The notes beneath the pieces are model-generated. The model worked only from the letters and a program-made list of their open reading frames with translations, had not been told where the DNA came from and searched no databases. Position numbers and translations under genes: made by a program. Shown in pieces: positions 1-13,796 of a stretch of DNA of 64,000 nt; the first letter of the stretch is position 1, and every line of letters begins with the position of its first letter. This stretch comes from Phoronis australis (lineage: Eukaryota; Animalia; Phoronida). The DNA lies in contig NMRA01000374.1 of NCBI GenBank assembly GCA_002633005.1, positions 278,350-342,349 of the forward strand, written 5' to 3'.

Positions 1-720
1 AAAAAACAGAAAATATGCCAAGTGCGAGATCTACTATGGCAAAACAAGGAAATCTGCCATTTGTAACATGTCCTTTTAAGAATTATTTGAGGAATTAATT
101 TATACAAATATTACAATATGAAGTACAAATATGACAAGAGGTGTAAACGAACACAAATTTCTGTACTTGAACAGCTTTGTGTATTATAAACACCCGGAAA
201 CATGCTATGAATGGTCAGCCAGTATTGCTAAATACGATTCAGAAGAGGTGGACTAGGAACTAAAACATAAGTTTGATCGACTGGGTTTACAAATTGAAAT
301 CAGCACTGTGTTGGCATGTGGGCATACATAAAACCAATATGCTTAAACACGCAAAAACATTTACATTGCGCATAAATGGTAAAAAATAATACCAAAACTT
401 GGCGAGGAACCACGTCTCAGCTGCCGGCCATGTCAACATAAAATTTACGCGGAAGGCATTTTCAAGTCAGTTGTTTTTAAATTAGTGCATAAAAATATCA
501 TTTCTCTGCAAAGCATGCATTGTTCGATGTCTTTTAAAACATATTCCATGCCCAAAAGACAACTCGTTTCATTGCCTCAAGCATTTATTTTCATTTGAAA
601 CGGTGGATCAAAACACGACGCAACCACCGACCCAGAGACTGGCAAAACATGAACTCGTGTCCGATTTAAATCACAAATTTTACAAAAACTGAAGCAAATA
701 CTAGAATAAAAACTACTTAC

Positions 721-778
721 GATGGCAAACTACAACCAGCAACGCCGAATAACCTGTACGCCAAGAAGCACTGTTCAT
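721..778 (-). CDS. Possible first coding exon (signal-peptide-like) of a gene running off the left edge
   Basis: ATG at 778 gives MNSASWRTGYSALLVVVCH, then a perfect GTAAGT donor at 720 (phase 1). A CCGCCATGTTG (YY1-like) motif lies at ~842-852. No downstream exon was identified. Confidence 0.3.
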
Positions 779-989
779 CGGACAGCAAGTAATTACTAAT
801 AATAAAGCCGACTTCACCAACTCCCTTACTCCTCAGAAATCCAACATGGCGGAACCGCAACGCAGCTGGGATTGCTGTGAGCAGGCCTGGCCTTTCATCT
901 TGCCGCCAGTTTCCAATCTGTTGTTTAGTCTATCTGAGATGCTAATAATCACATATGTTTTACTTTAAGCACTTCAGAATACAAGATGA

Positions 990-1960
990 ATGAAGTGGTC
1001 AACTTTCAGAAGAAAAATGCACCTAATGACCCCATGGGTGCACCAAATGACCCCAAAATTTAGAATTCAAACTCAATGGCACTTAGTAAACAGTAACGTA
1101 ATTCTGAAGTCTCTAGCTCAAAATTTTAGTTTGCACTCAATGACCTTTGACCTATTTTTTCTGATTGGTTAGGCCTATTGCAAAGTAAAGTAAGGTATTA
1201 AATTGGCATGTTGACTTACACCAGTGTGCTGAAATTGAAAAGAATTCCTAGAAAAACGTAAGAGATATAACATTTTGAACGTTACATGACCTTTGCACTA
1301 ACTGACCTTATCCGGTGCATTTTAAGCAGCTTTAGGAAAATTATTGCAAAGCCCATGGAAAATGTGTTTAACGCTGAGAATCACAGTTGTCTAACGGTTG
1401 ACAAATCAGAATACTTGCTGATTGAAAAGGTCAAATTTTCAGAAGAAAAATGCACCTAATGACCCCATGTTTGCACTAAATGACCTGAAAGTTTAGATTC
1501 CGATTTGATTTACCAGTGGCAATCAGACCTGTCAATTTGAAGTGTCTAGCTCAAAATTTTAGTTTGCACCTAATGACCTTTGACCTGTTTCACCTGATTG
1601 GGTGACCCAATTACTTACAAAAGTAATTTTTTAAATTGTCATGTTGACATATACCTGTGCACCGAATTTGAAAAAGATAGCTTTAAAACTTAAGGAAAGG
1701 TAGCATTTTGAAAATTATATCACCTTTGCACCAAACGACCTCTTCCGGTGCAATATGGAATATGATTATATAACCAATTAAAATTTATGTACTGTCAAAA
1801 TTGATATGCTGAATTTAAAGACCGTACCTGTACCCAATTTGGAGTTATTACGCCTCAAAGTTGGTCGGAAGAAGAATAAGAATAAGAAGAATAAGAATGA
1901 GAATAAAATTGAAGAAAACCCAGGAACAACAGTACTCTGCGCTTACACGCGCAGAGTAAT
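990..1960 (-). mobile_element. Non-autonomous Helentron/HINE-like element with two ~433-bp internal repeats
   Basis: Terminal palindrome ACTCTGCGC-ttacac-GCGCAGAGT (1934-1957) next to an (AAGAAT)n tract (~1870-1910). TTTCAGAAGAAAAATGCACCTAATGACCCCATG recurs at ~1004 and ~1437. Confidence 0.5.
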
Positions 1961-2114
1961 TAAGCAAACCAAACGCTCGTACTTGATTTTTCAAAAAGGA
2001 CAAAAGTTACATGGCACATGAATTAACATCAACCCAATAATGTTCGAGTTTCAATCTTCAAAAACCCACAGGCGCTGTGTTTCCCCCAGACAAGAACTGT
2101 AGTATTTTTACAGC

Positions 2115-2165
2115 ATACATATACATACATACATACATACATACATGCATACATACATACATACA
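2115..2165. repeat. (TACA)n microsatellite
   Basis: Directly visible tetranucleotide run. Confidence 0.95.
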
Positions 2166-3429
2166 CTACTCAAATAAGTAACGTTTTTGTCAAACTAATT
2201 AAAAAATTGAGAACGAAATATTTCTTGCTTCGTATGAATATCTTCCTTGGGTCATTAAATATGCAGTTTGATGCACAATGCATTGAAGTTTGTGCAGATT
2301 TTACCAAAAATCGAGTAACAAAAATGCTGTTTTCTGTTAAAGACTTTTGCATAGAACGTATTGCTTTTAAATTTGCTTTTATTATCAACAAGATGTTGTC
2401 TCAACGTTCACACACAGAACAAAAAATGCATCATGCTGATCTTCAGTGGCCTTTCCATAACTGTCGTCATGCTGAGCATCAATGTCACCCCCTCTGGTAG
2501 GGTCCCAATTAAGGCACCTGCTGCAATCACCTTAACCAGGGCCAGTTGCGTTTCGAAGCGAAGTAGTTGATGAAAGAAAAAGATTTTAGCTACTCCAAAA
2601 GAAACATGAAATGCTTTGTTTCTCTTATAGGTAATGTAATCAAGCCGTCAGGCAATTGCAGAATGGTGCCAACACCCCAAAGGCTCGGACTGCAACAGTT
2701 TGATCCATCACAGCCAAAATCTATTGGGTCATTTTTACACAAAAATTAAGGTTTCAAATTTCGTTATCGAAAAGTAGTTTTCAAAAAAGTTAACTGTATT
2801 TCTCCTAGTTTTGAATATCCAGTCACTTTTCATTAAAGAAATGGTAAGTTTTAAAATTAATTTCGTGTGACTTCTTTCCATATGTTTACCATAACTTAGA
2901 CACAGAACACATCTATTTACAAGTATGTTGTCTATCAGTCTGATAGATTGTGATACCAGCAAGCATGGCTCATGGAAAATAACCAGTATCTTTTTAGAAC
3001 AATGGTAGTTAAGACTTGAGAAAAGCACACTAAAACATACCATTACCAAAAGGTTATAGAAGCAGGAAGCAACAAAAAGTACAGTGTATACACGATGAAA
3101 GCCCGAGAATGCAAGGAATTGAGTTACAGAATCAGAAAGGCTGTGTGGAGCTACTATAGCTGGACGACCACAGCTAGTATTGCTACATATATAGGCAGAA
3201 TGTAAAATGTTGAGGAGAGTTCCACTTTCACTCAAGTTTTCTGTTTCTTCAGTTGTAATAGGATATGAGAAGGACAAATATGCATCCACATAATTAAAGA
3301 CATTAGTCGCACCACTAGGCTGTATTATGGCATATTGCCTTAGGTAGTCAGGAATTGTTTACACTGTGTCCATATACAATTTAAAAAGTTCACTGGGGCC
3401 TCTTTCTTGGAATTTTGAGCCTAGAACGG

Positions 3430-5108
3430 CAAATAAATGTTTATAAAAGTAAGGTTGTCCAGCGGTTATAAATGCTGCGCATGTGCAAGTACACAGATCG
3501 ATATTGCAGATGTGTTCATCTCCCCCCAACTAATGTTGACAGTGCTGGGGAATGAATTCTTTTGTTCTATTACGGTTAATTATGAGAAAGTCGCGAATGA
3601 GATTTTTCTGAATGCGAGACACACCAGGATGGACAGAGTAAGGGTGTTCAACAACACTACTTTGAGAATTTAACGAGTCAAATTTAGTTAAGACATTTTT
3701 GTTTGAAGAGTATGAAATATCAATGTCATCCAAAATGTTACTCAAATCATTATCACCACAGGTGTCATTTGAAAGGACACAATTTGAAACATCAATTGAC
3801 TTTTTTTGACTAGCAGAAATGTTGGAAGTAACTAAAAACCAACCATCAGAAACAGGGTTTAGCTTACTAATATCGACAAAAGACCGAGAAATTGTACTCA
3901 TAATATTTGTTTTCTTTATTATTTTTTGGTTTTCTCTTTTGGATTCAAATGTATGAATTGGTTCACGAGTGAGAAGCCAAGACAAAAACAATTTTGACTC
4001 ATTTTCCTGTTGCATTTTCCCTTAAGGTCAGATTCCTGAATTTCTTTAAATTTTCTTTCAGTAATATTGTCGGTTAAAATAGGGGATTTCTTTTTTCCTC
4101 CTCTTTAACTGAATACAACAAAACTGAAGATGTGTAAGTATTAGTCCAATCACAATCGAACCATCGTTCATCTAAATATTTAGAAAAATTATCTTTAACA
4201 ATTTGTGGAATTACCTCAGTGGTTATTACATTTTGAATACAGTTTTTGAAAGATACAGCCAAAGAGTTATGCATATCTTGATTCCATGCTCTAAGGACTG
4301 TCTTAAACCCTGTTTCTAAGGGTCCAATGAACATTTTGAGATTGTTGTCAGTTTTGACGAATTCCCGAAAAGCATTAAGCGCATGATAATTACACAAAGA
4401 GGACTTTGAACCAAAGTCCTTAACAGCATTTAAAATATTTCTGGGTTTGTCATGCTAAATTATCGGCCGAAAAGGTTCTAAAGAAGAACAGACACGTGTC
4501 AAAAAGAATCCATTCCCGTCATCAAAAACATGCAATTGTCTGGGGTGAGAACATAATTCGCTAGAGCACGGAACATTAGCAGCTATTATCTGTAATGCGA
4601 GTAGTAGAGAATCACTGGTTTCCACGTTAAAGATAGATACTGCCCCAGCCCTAACCTTTCTGCCGGTGTCGCAATAAGTCAGAAGGGCAGTTTTGAATCG
4701 CACTGACATAAAGTCATGTTTTATATCAAGACCACATACAACAGACCCAAATTTCCTTAAACATTCCAAATTCTTATCCCCTGACAAGACAATATGGTAA
4801 TTCCTATCCAGATCTTCATTGCCCAGCTGAAATAGCAAAACAGACTCATAATTGCCCTCAATTATTTTTTCCGTATCTCTCCAATGTGATTTTATTTCAA
4901 TTTTATCCCTTTTGGCCATAAGTAATGAAATCTGATGCTTGTCCACAGTTCTTGTTCGATTATAAATTTGACCAAGTGGGTGGTATGTTTTGCACTTTCC
5001 CTCAGATCCAAAATTAACAGAGAGTGACCTGAGTTCGGTTGACTGAATGGCCTGGGCTGATAATCTAGACTCTGCTCTCATTCTGTCCCATGATGTCCTT
5101 GTGCTCAA
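3430..5108 (-). pseudogene. MULE-type DDE transposase domain plus SWIM finger (disrupted)
   Basis: D...D...CxxH...T-x-N-x-x-E order typical of Mutator transposases, followed by CxC-x9-[C>Y]KH SWIM; several stops/frameshifts. Confidence 0.7.
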
Positions 5109-6329
5109 AGAAGGCTTGAATTTTTCCTCTACAGGTTGAGTGGTGTGGTAAAATCAATTAGATGATGATTCATAAACATCACACATGTCAATATTTTTGC
5201 TATTAAGGACAAGTTTAATTTCCCACTTGCATCTTAAATGATTATGATGAAAGGTATCACCCTCTTTCAAATTGTCAAAAAATGTTCTATCATATCCGTG
5301 TACTTGCTGGTAGTCATAGCATGAACGACATCTAGTTTTGTCATCACTGTACATATCACTAGAGTATTTGCGCCAACACACATCACACAGTTTATCACTA
5401 ACCAAGCTACATTTGCAATTGGAACATTCCTGAGAACCATTCAGTGAACTTCGAAGAGCACTAAGGAGCTCACCACAATCACTACGACATTGAGAAGTTG
5501 CACATCCACAAGATAAATTCCAAACAGCTATATAATTGTTTGGTCAAGACGGTTTGTCCTGCCCCAGTTTTCGTGTTCATTAACTGAAACCTGTGGAGTA
5601 CTTTTATGATATTTAACAAAAGTATTCTTGCGTTCCAAATAACGAACTCTCTGTTTCAGTTGAAACTGGAACACTTCTTCAACGTAATCTAAGGTGTCAG
5701 GGCCAACACGGATTTGACCTATGTGAACCCAGGGAACTAACGATTTTCTGCAATCAGTACTATTTAAATAAGCTTGAATATCTTCAAAAATTTGATCCCT
5801 AAGAATGTTTTCAGAGAAACTAAATATTTTGAAGCATGATTTCCCAGTTTTAAGCCAAAAGGTAACCTTAATTCGCTTGAAAATTGCTTTTTTAACAAAT
5901 TCCAATTTACAGGCACCAGCTAAACCCATTTTCGGATATAGTTGGTGCCTGCAGTAATATGTCTGATAAATGTTGCCAATTTGGATAAAAATTTAAGAGT
6001 CCCAATGGAACTTTTTTAGAACTGCTATCAATCCACTGAACAAATTCTTGGCTATTAAGGCAATTTTGTATGATTTGAACTGCTGACTTAAGATCATCAG
6101 TGCGGGCTCCAAGGAAGCCAAGTCGCTTTACTGATTTTTTACAACTGTTGGTATGACAGGATAATCTGTATGAGGTTTTGTCAACATAAACTTTTGGTGT
6201 GCCCCTCACAAGATGAGAAATTTGCTTGAAGTCTAAAGAACTATTCATGAAATTACTAACACTGTCACATTTAGCAGAGTTTGTTACTTTACACTTACTA
6301 CTCGGCCTGTTGTCATTATTGCAGTGGTT

Positions 6330-6440
6330 GTTGTTATTATTATTACTATTATTACTATTATTATTATTATTATTATTATCATTACTATTATTATTAATAT
6401 TATAATTATCACTGTTATTGTTATTATTATTGTTATTACA
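6330..6440. repeat. (AAT)n/(TTA)n microsatellite encoding poly-Asn in the transposon ORF
   Basis: Trinucleotide run; reads NNNN in ORF 5907-6671. Confidence 0.9.
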
Positions 6441-6734
6441 ACTATCTTCAGTAGTTTTGCTATTGCAGCTCTTTTCACTACACATAGTTGATTTTATGTT
6501 CGAATGCCCATGGGCATTACCTTTCAAAGGCGTAGCATTCCCAGCGTTACTGTCAATTTTGTTTGTACGTGTACATGCAGTCCTGCGTAGCGTAAGTCTG
6601 CTTTTTAATAACAAATTTTCCAGACAAATCTTCAGGGTCATAAGCCAGTTAATCAAAATAAGTCTGCACATTTTGATTGGTCAGAGATGTTGCGAATATA
6701 TTTCAAGTTTTGAACAGACTCACCATTGACTAAC

Positions 6735-7546
6735 CTAAGGAAACTTATCATTGTCAAAGGCCGCAATAACAATGCAAATAATGACGGCAGCTCCACATGC
6801 TGTCCCACAACTTTGGTAAGGATAAGTTAGGGAACACCGCAAACTACGACAGGAATGAAGAGGAACATAATGAGTACCTCGACTACTCAATTCAACACAT
6901 GCTGGATTGTGAGCCAAAGTTATTTTCCCTATTTTTTTCCTAAAATGCGAAGATGTATAGTAAATCTAGTCATAAAATCTTTAGGAATATCCCAGCCATT
7001 AGTATCACAATAAATGAAGCTTTGACTTGACCAAGTGAATACACCAAAAACCCAGTGATTAGCTGATTTACCTTCTTCATTAAAATTTTGGAAAGTTGAC
7101 CGGTCTGAATTGACACCCACATGAAGCACAAATATGATTTTAAAATCTGATGAACACTGCTTAAGACGAGATTCTATTTCTGTTTTTAATGTATCCAAGC
7201 TATCAGTTGAATTGAACAAATGACAAAATACATTTTTGTCCTCCCCATTCACAAAATTTGCAAATTTTGAAATTATTTCATCATTGATCCACCTGTAACA
7301 AGCAAGATCTCCAACATATCTCAACAGCATATTGTAATCCAAAAACTTATCACCAGGTTTGTTGTTCAGTAATATATCTCTGAATTTCAAAATCATGGTT
7401 CCGTCAATTGGTTTATTGAATTTGTTATTGAAGAAAGAATCAATATTAGAAAACCAACTGTTTTCTCTGTTTACATTATGTGAAATCTTTTTTGCCTCAT
7501 GCAAATTTTGAAAATACTTCAAAGCTTTTTTTTGAAAAAACACCAT
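6735..7546 (-). pseudogene. Ulp1/SENP-family (peptidase C48) domain of the transposon ORF
   Basis: WINDEIISKF (W-L-N-D-E-I-I motif), NHWVF (His), YCDT (Asp) and YPYQSCGTACG (Gln/Cys), split by a stop near 6929. Confidence 0.75.
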
Positions 7547-7929
7547 AATGGTAATTTCACTGCATTTGAATTAGTTCTCTCTAATTGCTGAAGAGCATCT
7601 ATAATCTTATTTTCAGAGGGCACTGAAGCTGACTGCTCAGCATTAGAAATGCTTTCAAGAGAACTTACAGAGCATGGTTGCAATGGTCTTGCACAATCCA
7701 CAACAAATGGAAATTTGTATGCACCAATTTCTCGTCAACTTAAAACAGAAGTAATATACGTGTAGTGTTCTCTAGTGACATCATAATCACCATCATCGTC
7801 ACTGATAATCACTTCTGCACCGCCACCCCCATAACACCTTTTGGAAGACATAACATCATGACATGCAATATCCTCAACTACATTCTTAACAATAACATCA
7901 CAAGCAGCAACTGAAGTAAAGAACCAACG

Positions 7930-8113
7930 AATAAAAGAAAAAGAAACTAACACCTCAGTAATAAAAGAAAAAGAAACTAACACTCCAATAATAAAAGAAA
8001 AAGAAACTAACACCCCTGTATTAAAAGAAAAAGAAACTAACACCTCAGTAATAAAAGAAAAAGGAACTAACACCTCAGTAATAAAAGAAAAAGAAACTAA
8101 CACCTCAGTAATA
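7930..8113. repeat. 30-bp minisatellite, ~6 copies
   Basis: ATAAAAGAAAAAGAAACTAACACCTCAGTA repeated head-to-tail. Confidence 0.95.
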
Positions 8114-11100
8114 ACCACTTCCTCAACTGCTTTTCAATCATCATGCTGTAAACAAAAGTATGGCAATTTAATGTATATCATGCAGGGATAATCAAATGAT
8201 GTAATACACAGAAAAATCAGGTCCCTAAACTGAGCATAGAATCATACGTTACCAGATTGCCTGTCAGGTGATCCAGTAATTTGGGAATCTGTGGTTAGGT
8301 TTCCCGCTGAGGCACTTGAATTTTCTGTTTTCATGATCATTTGATTTATTCTTCAATATCAGTGTCTACATGATGCTATCATAAAGTGATTGTTGCTTGA
8401 CACTTCCAGGATTAGTAAATCTTGCTACTTTTTCATCAAAACTACGTGGAATAATTAAAGTACTGGTTTCATGGAAAGCATAATGTGTAAGTTATATGTT
8501 TTTACCAGGAAATCCCAGAAAAGAGCAGGTGCGCCTATTTGTGCAATTATGTGATTTTTTCTAACACCTTGTTTCTCAAATGTCCCAAATATAGCAGCAT
8601 GCATCTAAACTCTATGCTTAATGTTGTATAGTAATGGGATAGCTTATAGACTTACGTAGTGAGCTGACTTCATGTGAGTCAATATTCCTGTAAGATCATT
8701 GCTACGAAAATGCCTACAAGAATGGCATGATGGCCTATTGACGTGTATATTGGTGGTCTTTGGCTTCCTGCTCTTCGGTTGCTTCTTGCTCATCTGATTA
8801 AGTACGGGTTGATCTAGTTGTGAGCCATTGATTTCCCGCTGGACATATTCATTCGGAAAATATCTTGAGGAAAAACATGCAGGGTAATAAGAATGATTAC
8901 ACACTAACAATTACAATTTTCACATACTTATGTCTCATTATTTTTGCTTGTTTTTCTCTGCACTCATGCCCAGAATATGCCGATATCCGGTAACTTTCAA
9001 CAAGGTTTGTCAGCATTTTTTGTAAGGTGAGATTATTTAAACTTGAATTACCAATCAGTTAGACCCATTTTGAAGTAACTCTATACTTTATGAGCAACAA
9101 ATGGCACCAATCAGATGGCGTAATTAATGTTGCATGGGTTATAAGCTTCAAGATCTTGTAGAAAGTTGTTCGATTATTCTGTTGAAAATCAAACTTTTTG
9201 TTCTATCACTTCAACTGCAACAGGTGTAAATAGTATAAAATAATGTTACATCATGTTCATGCTTCAAAGGAGCTGGGTGCATCTTTGATGGTGGTGGCTG
9301 AACATCCTCCGACAAGAAGATTTAAATTAGTTAGAACTAGTCATCAATCACCAGAGCTATTCACTTTAAGAAATTAGTAAAATCTCAATAAGTATAACTG
9401 TCTAAGTGAGAGAGCTTTGTCAATAAGGGAAGAAATTGCAAACATTTTAAACAGAAAATCTTTAGAAGTAAAAAATGAAAGATTGCCAAAATCAGATGAA
9501 ATACCTTCAAGAAAGGAGCTATTCAACAAATGATACATCAGTTTCAAATAAAAAAACGGATTGTCAAGTTATAAACAAAAAGGTAAGTCAATAAAGTGTC
9601 AAAACTATGAGTACTTCAACTGGACATACTTTATAAAACCTTCTTATAAAACCTTACATTGTAAGGATCACAGCTATCCCATTCTACATAGAGATGTCAG
9701 TGACTGTTCTTCCCGCCTAGGCTGTTTGATTGTATTGGAATGCTCTCTGTAGTTGTAAACCAAACTTAGAGCACACTGCCAGTACTTGGACAGTCCCACC
9801 AGACTGACTGAGTGAATACTGCTCCCCGCAACGTAAAGTTTTATCACGTAAGTCTAGTTAATCCGGTTGAAGTACTCATAATTTTGACACTTAAAGTAAA
9901 AACGATACACTTGTATGAATCATAACATGTATCATAGTTAAAAATATTAGAGCTCTTGTACTAGGAGCAGTTTCCTATATAGTTGGAAAATATATATAGT
10001 GCTTGCATTAGGCATGGCTTTCACAAGCAGAACAAGCTTAATTTCTTTCACTTTTCATTAATAATTTGTTCACCCCAATCATACGGCCATCTGGTAGCAG
10101 AATTTTTATGGCACGCATTGTTGCATGCTCGAATTCATTCAGGGGCCATTTGAGGCGTCTGGTGAGTGATGGGGCTTGAGTCTCAGGCTTCTTGGTTTGT
10201 GGTGGTGGTGGTGGCACTGGTTGCCCATACGTCGCTGCCCACATGCGTGATGGTATGAGAAACACTTTATTCTAAAACTAAAAATGAAAACCTTTTCCAT
10301 AGAAAAATATTGGAGACTAAATTGCTTCCAAGTCACTATAGTTAACAAACTTAAGACTGCTCAAGATAATATGCATCTCAGGTTATATGAGCAGCCAGTA
10401 CAGATAAGTGTACGTGCTTGACTATAAAAGTCCTGAAAAGACCTTAACGTATGTATATCTAAAAGTTTTATTAATTGGTTATGCTAATTTGCTGGTTTAA
10501 CAGCAGGGGTAATCCCTATTTATGCCAATATAATGATGAAATTGACTTGAAAAAAGTGAGGAATAAAGAATACTAGCAAGTAGAAGCAGTATTAGTTAAC
10601 CTTAAACAACACCTGAAACATCATCAATGAGCCTACGACTTACCCCCATCGCCCGACAGTTGTCAAAAAGAGACGAGACACCTGGCTTGCGTTGATGAAC
10701 AGGAAACTGCAATATGAGTAGTAACTCTAGGTCAGCAGGTGTGTGTACCAGGGGGAGGAGATGTGACCCTCAAAAGTGTGACTTTTTGATGACAAAACCT
10801 CTCCGAAAGATACTACTATCAACAAAATAGTCTCCAAAGGGGTACATTGTATGAGTTTATGGAACAAAACTGTCTAAATATATGACTTTTCACACTAACT
10901 ATAAATTGTACCTCACTGCTCGGTTATTCAGTGATTTAATATGTTTCTTTTTTATAAAACTGTTTCGCCTAATCAACAGATTCAGTGATTGGCTTAGATT
11001 TGTCTCTATTACATACAAACATACATCTTTATTTACACTCATGCGTTCACTAATACAAACATTAGCAAACTGCTAGTACCATGAAGCAACGTATTAAAAT

Positions 11101-11399
11101 GACAACAAAAAACAAGGAGTATTTACCAATGTACAAATACATAAAAAGATCAAAAGACACTAATAATGGAGAAGCTGACTAACAAAAACTTACATAACCT
11201 AGACCGCTGAAAAGTATAGTAAGGTGTGTGCATAGTAAAAAAATAATAGATCTCGATAAACACATGTATATAATGACAACACTGAGATACAATATGAACT
11301 GGACATATGCATTTACCATAAAAGTAGCAGATACACAACTGTAATGTTTGACCAAAGGCATTACAACCAGTTCAATGCCCTTGCATCACTCTTCTCGCG

Positions 11400-12312
11400 C
11401 CTAAGAAAAATTTGACTCCAAGAAACGTAAGTCGCCACCTCTGGTGAGCCCTAATAAGGTCACACCGGTGGATCAAAGTTGGAAAATTGGGGGGAGTCTG
11501 TGATGTTGGCCTTAAACCTTGACCCCAGTTGAGAGAGGGGCCTACAAGTAAGAAGCGTTTGAAAACTTGCACTTTACTATGCTTTGAAAATGTCCTGGTT
11601 TGGTAGTCTTCAGTTTATTGGTCAAGAAGATATGACTTCCCAAAGTATAGTTCAATTTGGAACAACGTTTCTGATAGTTTGAAAAGGGGTACGTCAATTT
11701 GGGGCACTCCTGGGCCCTTACTAAGACTAGAAAAATACGATATGTACATTTTTAGAAAGAAGACACAAGGGGCTATCAGATGCCAAAAGAATTTTTGAAA
11801 TCGAAAACAAAATAATTTTGGACCCAAAAAGGACCCTTGGGTGGGTCACTTTGGTCGGCCACTATGACCTAATTAGTGGGCCGATCACGCTGAAACTTGG
11901 AGGCTGACCATTTGGAAGATTGGCCTTTCAAATAAAAACAGAAAGTTTAAAATCGAAGTCAACAAGCTTTTCGACCAAAAAACCTAAGCCTAGTCCAGGG
12001 TTTTTTGGGGGACGAAAAATTTTTTGTCTCCAATTTCAAAAATGCTTTCTCAGATAGACATGGAATGCTGAGAAACTAAACGCCACCAAATTTGAGTTCG
12101 ATTAGATCATTAATAAGGTCACATGACAGGATCAAAGTTAAAAAACGTCATTTTTAGACCTAAAAATTTTTTTACCTCGATTTCGTAAGTCGCTACCTCT
12201 GGTGAGCCCTGATATGGTCACACCGGTGGATCAAAGTTGGAAAATTGGGGGGAGTCTGTGACGTTGACCTTAAACCTTGACCCCGAAGGAGAGAGGGGCC
12301 TACAAATAAGAA
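11400..12312. repeat. Interspersed repeat with duplicated ~125-bp block
   Basis: CGTAAGTCGC..CCTCTGGTGAGCCCT..GGATCAAAGTTGGAAAATTGGGGGGAGTCTG..GAGAGAGGGGCCTACAA occurs at ~11426-11550 and ~12185-12310. Confidence 0.7.
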
Positions 12313-13796
12313 ATTTTTAAGCATTAGGTGCCATCTAAACATTAACTTGTATTGTTGAGCAATAAGACGTCTGGTTGTAGGTGAAAGGTGATATAAATCC
12401 AGCATTTATTAAAAAGTTTATAAACTTAAAAGTGCTTTTGAAAAATCAGTAAGATTTTTTCATCACAGCCATAAGGACTTTCCATGCTGTACCTTACAAA
12501 AAACCTAGGGTAATCCATTACAGTTGACATGTATGCATTGGGCTGATGAGTATGATGAATAGGCTTATGAACTTTTAAGTGACACTGACGTGACTTTTCA
12601 TCTAAAACTAACAGTTTTGCTAAGTCATGGGCGGTGCACCATAGGGCCGGGCTGAGGGGCTATGTCTTCTGAGGTTGTGTCAGTGAGCATCAATGCAAGG
12701 TGGGGAACAATCAAGGTAACGTGTAATCATTTCGAAAGTTGGGTATATAGGCATTGGTTGTGTTTGCTTATATATATGTTCGTAGTAATTCTTGGAAGCT
12801 CCTGATTTTGAAATTTCATATCATTACAGGTCAATAATTCGCAAGTATCACTTGCCTCATCCGTGCACTCAGCCTAAAATATGGGGGGTGCTCAAATTTT
12901 TGGGCATGTGGACCTTTTACTAAAAAACCGGGGTATGTTCAGAGCTGTGCACTGTGCATTTCCGAATTACAGATTTTTAGTGGACTTTTGTCTCGTTTTC
13001 TCAGTTTTTTGTTTCTATGAGGCTGACCTTGTCATGCCCACATCGGCAAGTGAGGGGAGCTCGTTCGAGCCTCCGCTGGGTGCACGCATGTGCCTGGATC
13101 TCAAAATTAAGAATCACCAATGTAACTATTGCATTGCCTATTTTGACTGATTTGCTCAGGTTTGTCTGGAGGATCTAGATTATTGAGTGCGAAAGGACAT
13201 CCTGGTCCCTGTTACTAGTACCCTATCTGGAATACCCCCCGGCATAGGTCAAAATGTACCCAAATTAACTCTCATCAGTCAACATGATAACTATTGTTAC
13301 GCACAGTGAAACTTGCATAATTCTGGTCTAATTGAACCAAATTATTCAACGCAAATTAGGAAAATCTGCGCGATTTGACTTAGGGATTGAGTACGTGATT
13401 TCGAATTTTTAGCGGGTTGTGGAATACTAGAATGGCGCAAAAGTTTGCTATATTCAGACTTGCAATTTTCACATTTAATGCAAGTTCGACTGGTTTTATT
13501 GAAATCAAATATTTCAGTGTCAGGGTGAAAGTGATAGCTAATCTGGATTCAACTTGACCTAGGAGTTGAGTTGATTTAAATATGTACTAACTAGAATGAT
13601 ATCCCTATGTCTGTAGGGGCATATTCTTTTCCCTCTAGAAACTTGCTTGGAACCTCAATTTAATGTCTTTGCAAATGTCAAACAGTAAAGTGATTGGTAG
13701 GAGTACATGATATATGTACATGAGATAATAAATTTATTTTACTGTAAACTATTATGGTTACGTAAGACCCTTCGTGAAGACTATGCCAATGTATTC

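Larger units (their letters stand above)
2170..8910 (-). mobile_element. Decayed MULE/Mutator-like transposon ORF: C2H2 - Ulp1 protease - Cys-rich - DDE transposase - SWIM - Cys-rich tail
   Basis: Collinear minus-strand ORF fragments broken by stops/frameshifts. Motifs: CHSC..HMKSAH (~8660-8730); Ulp1 triad NHWVFG/YCDTNG/PYQSCGTACG (~7060-6790); DDE core VCGLDIKHD (~4725), RPII*HDK (~4450), LCNYH (CxxH, ~4390), LTDNITERKFK (~4060); SWIM-like CTCAAFITAGQPYFYKHLFAV (~3430-3495). Confidence 0.7.

Noticed and set aside
6284-6729. Hydrophobic ORFs (poly-Ile, poly-Leu) resembling membrane proteins
   Set aside because: Alternative-frame readings of the (AAT)n microsatellite.
7735-8118. ORF with repeated TEVLVSFSFI, like a transmembrane repeat protein
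   Set aside because: Simple translation of the 30-bp minisatellite.
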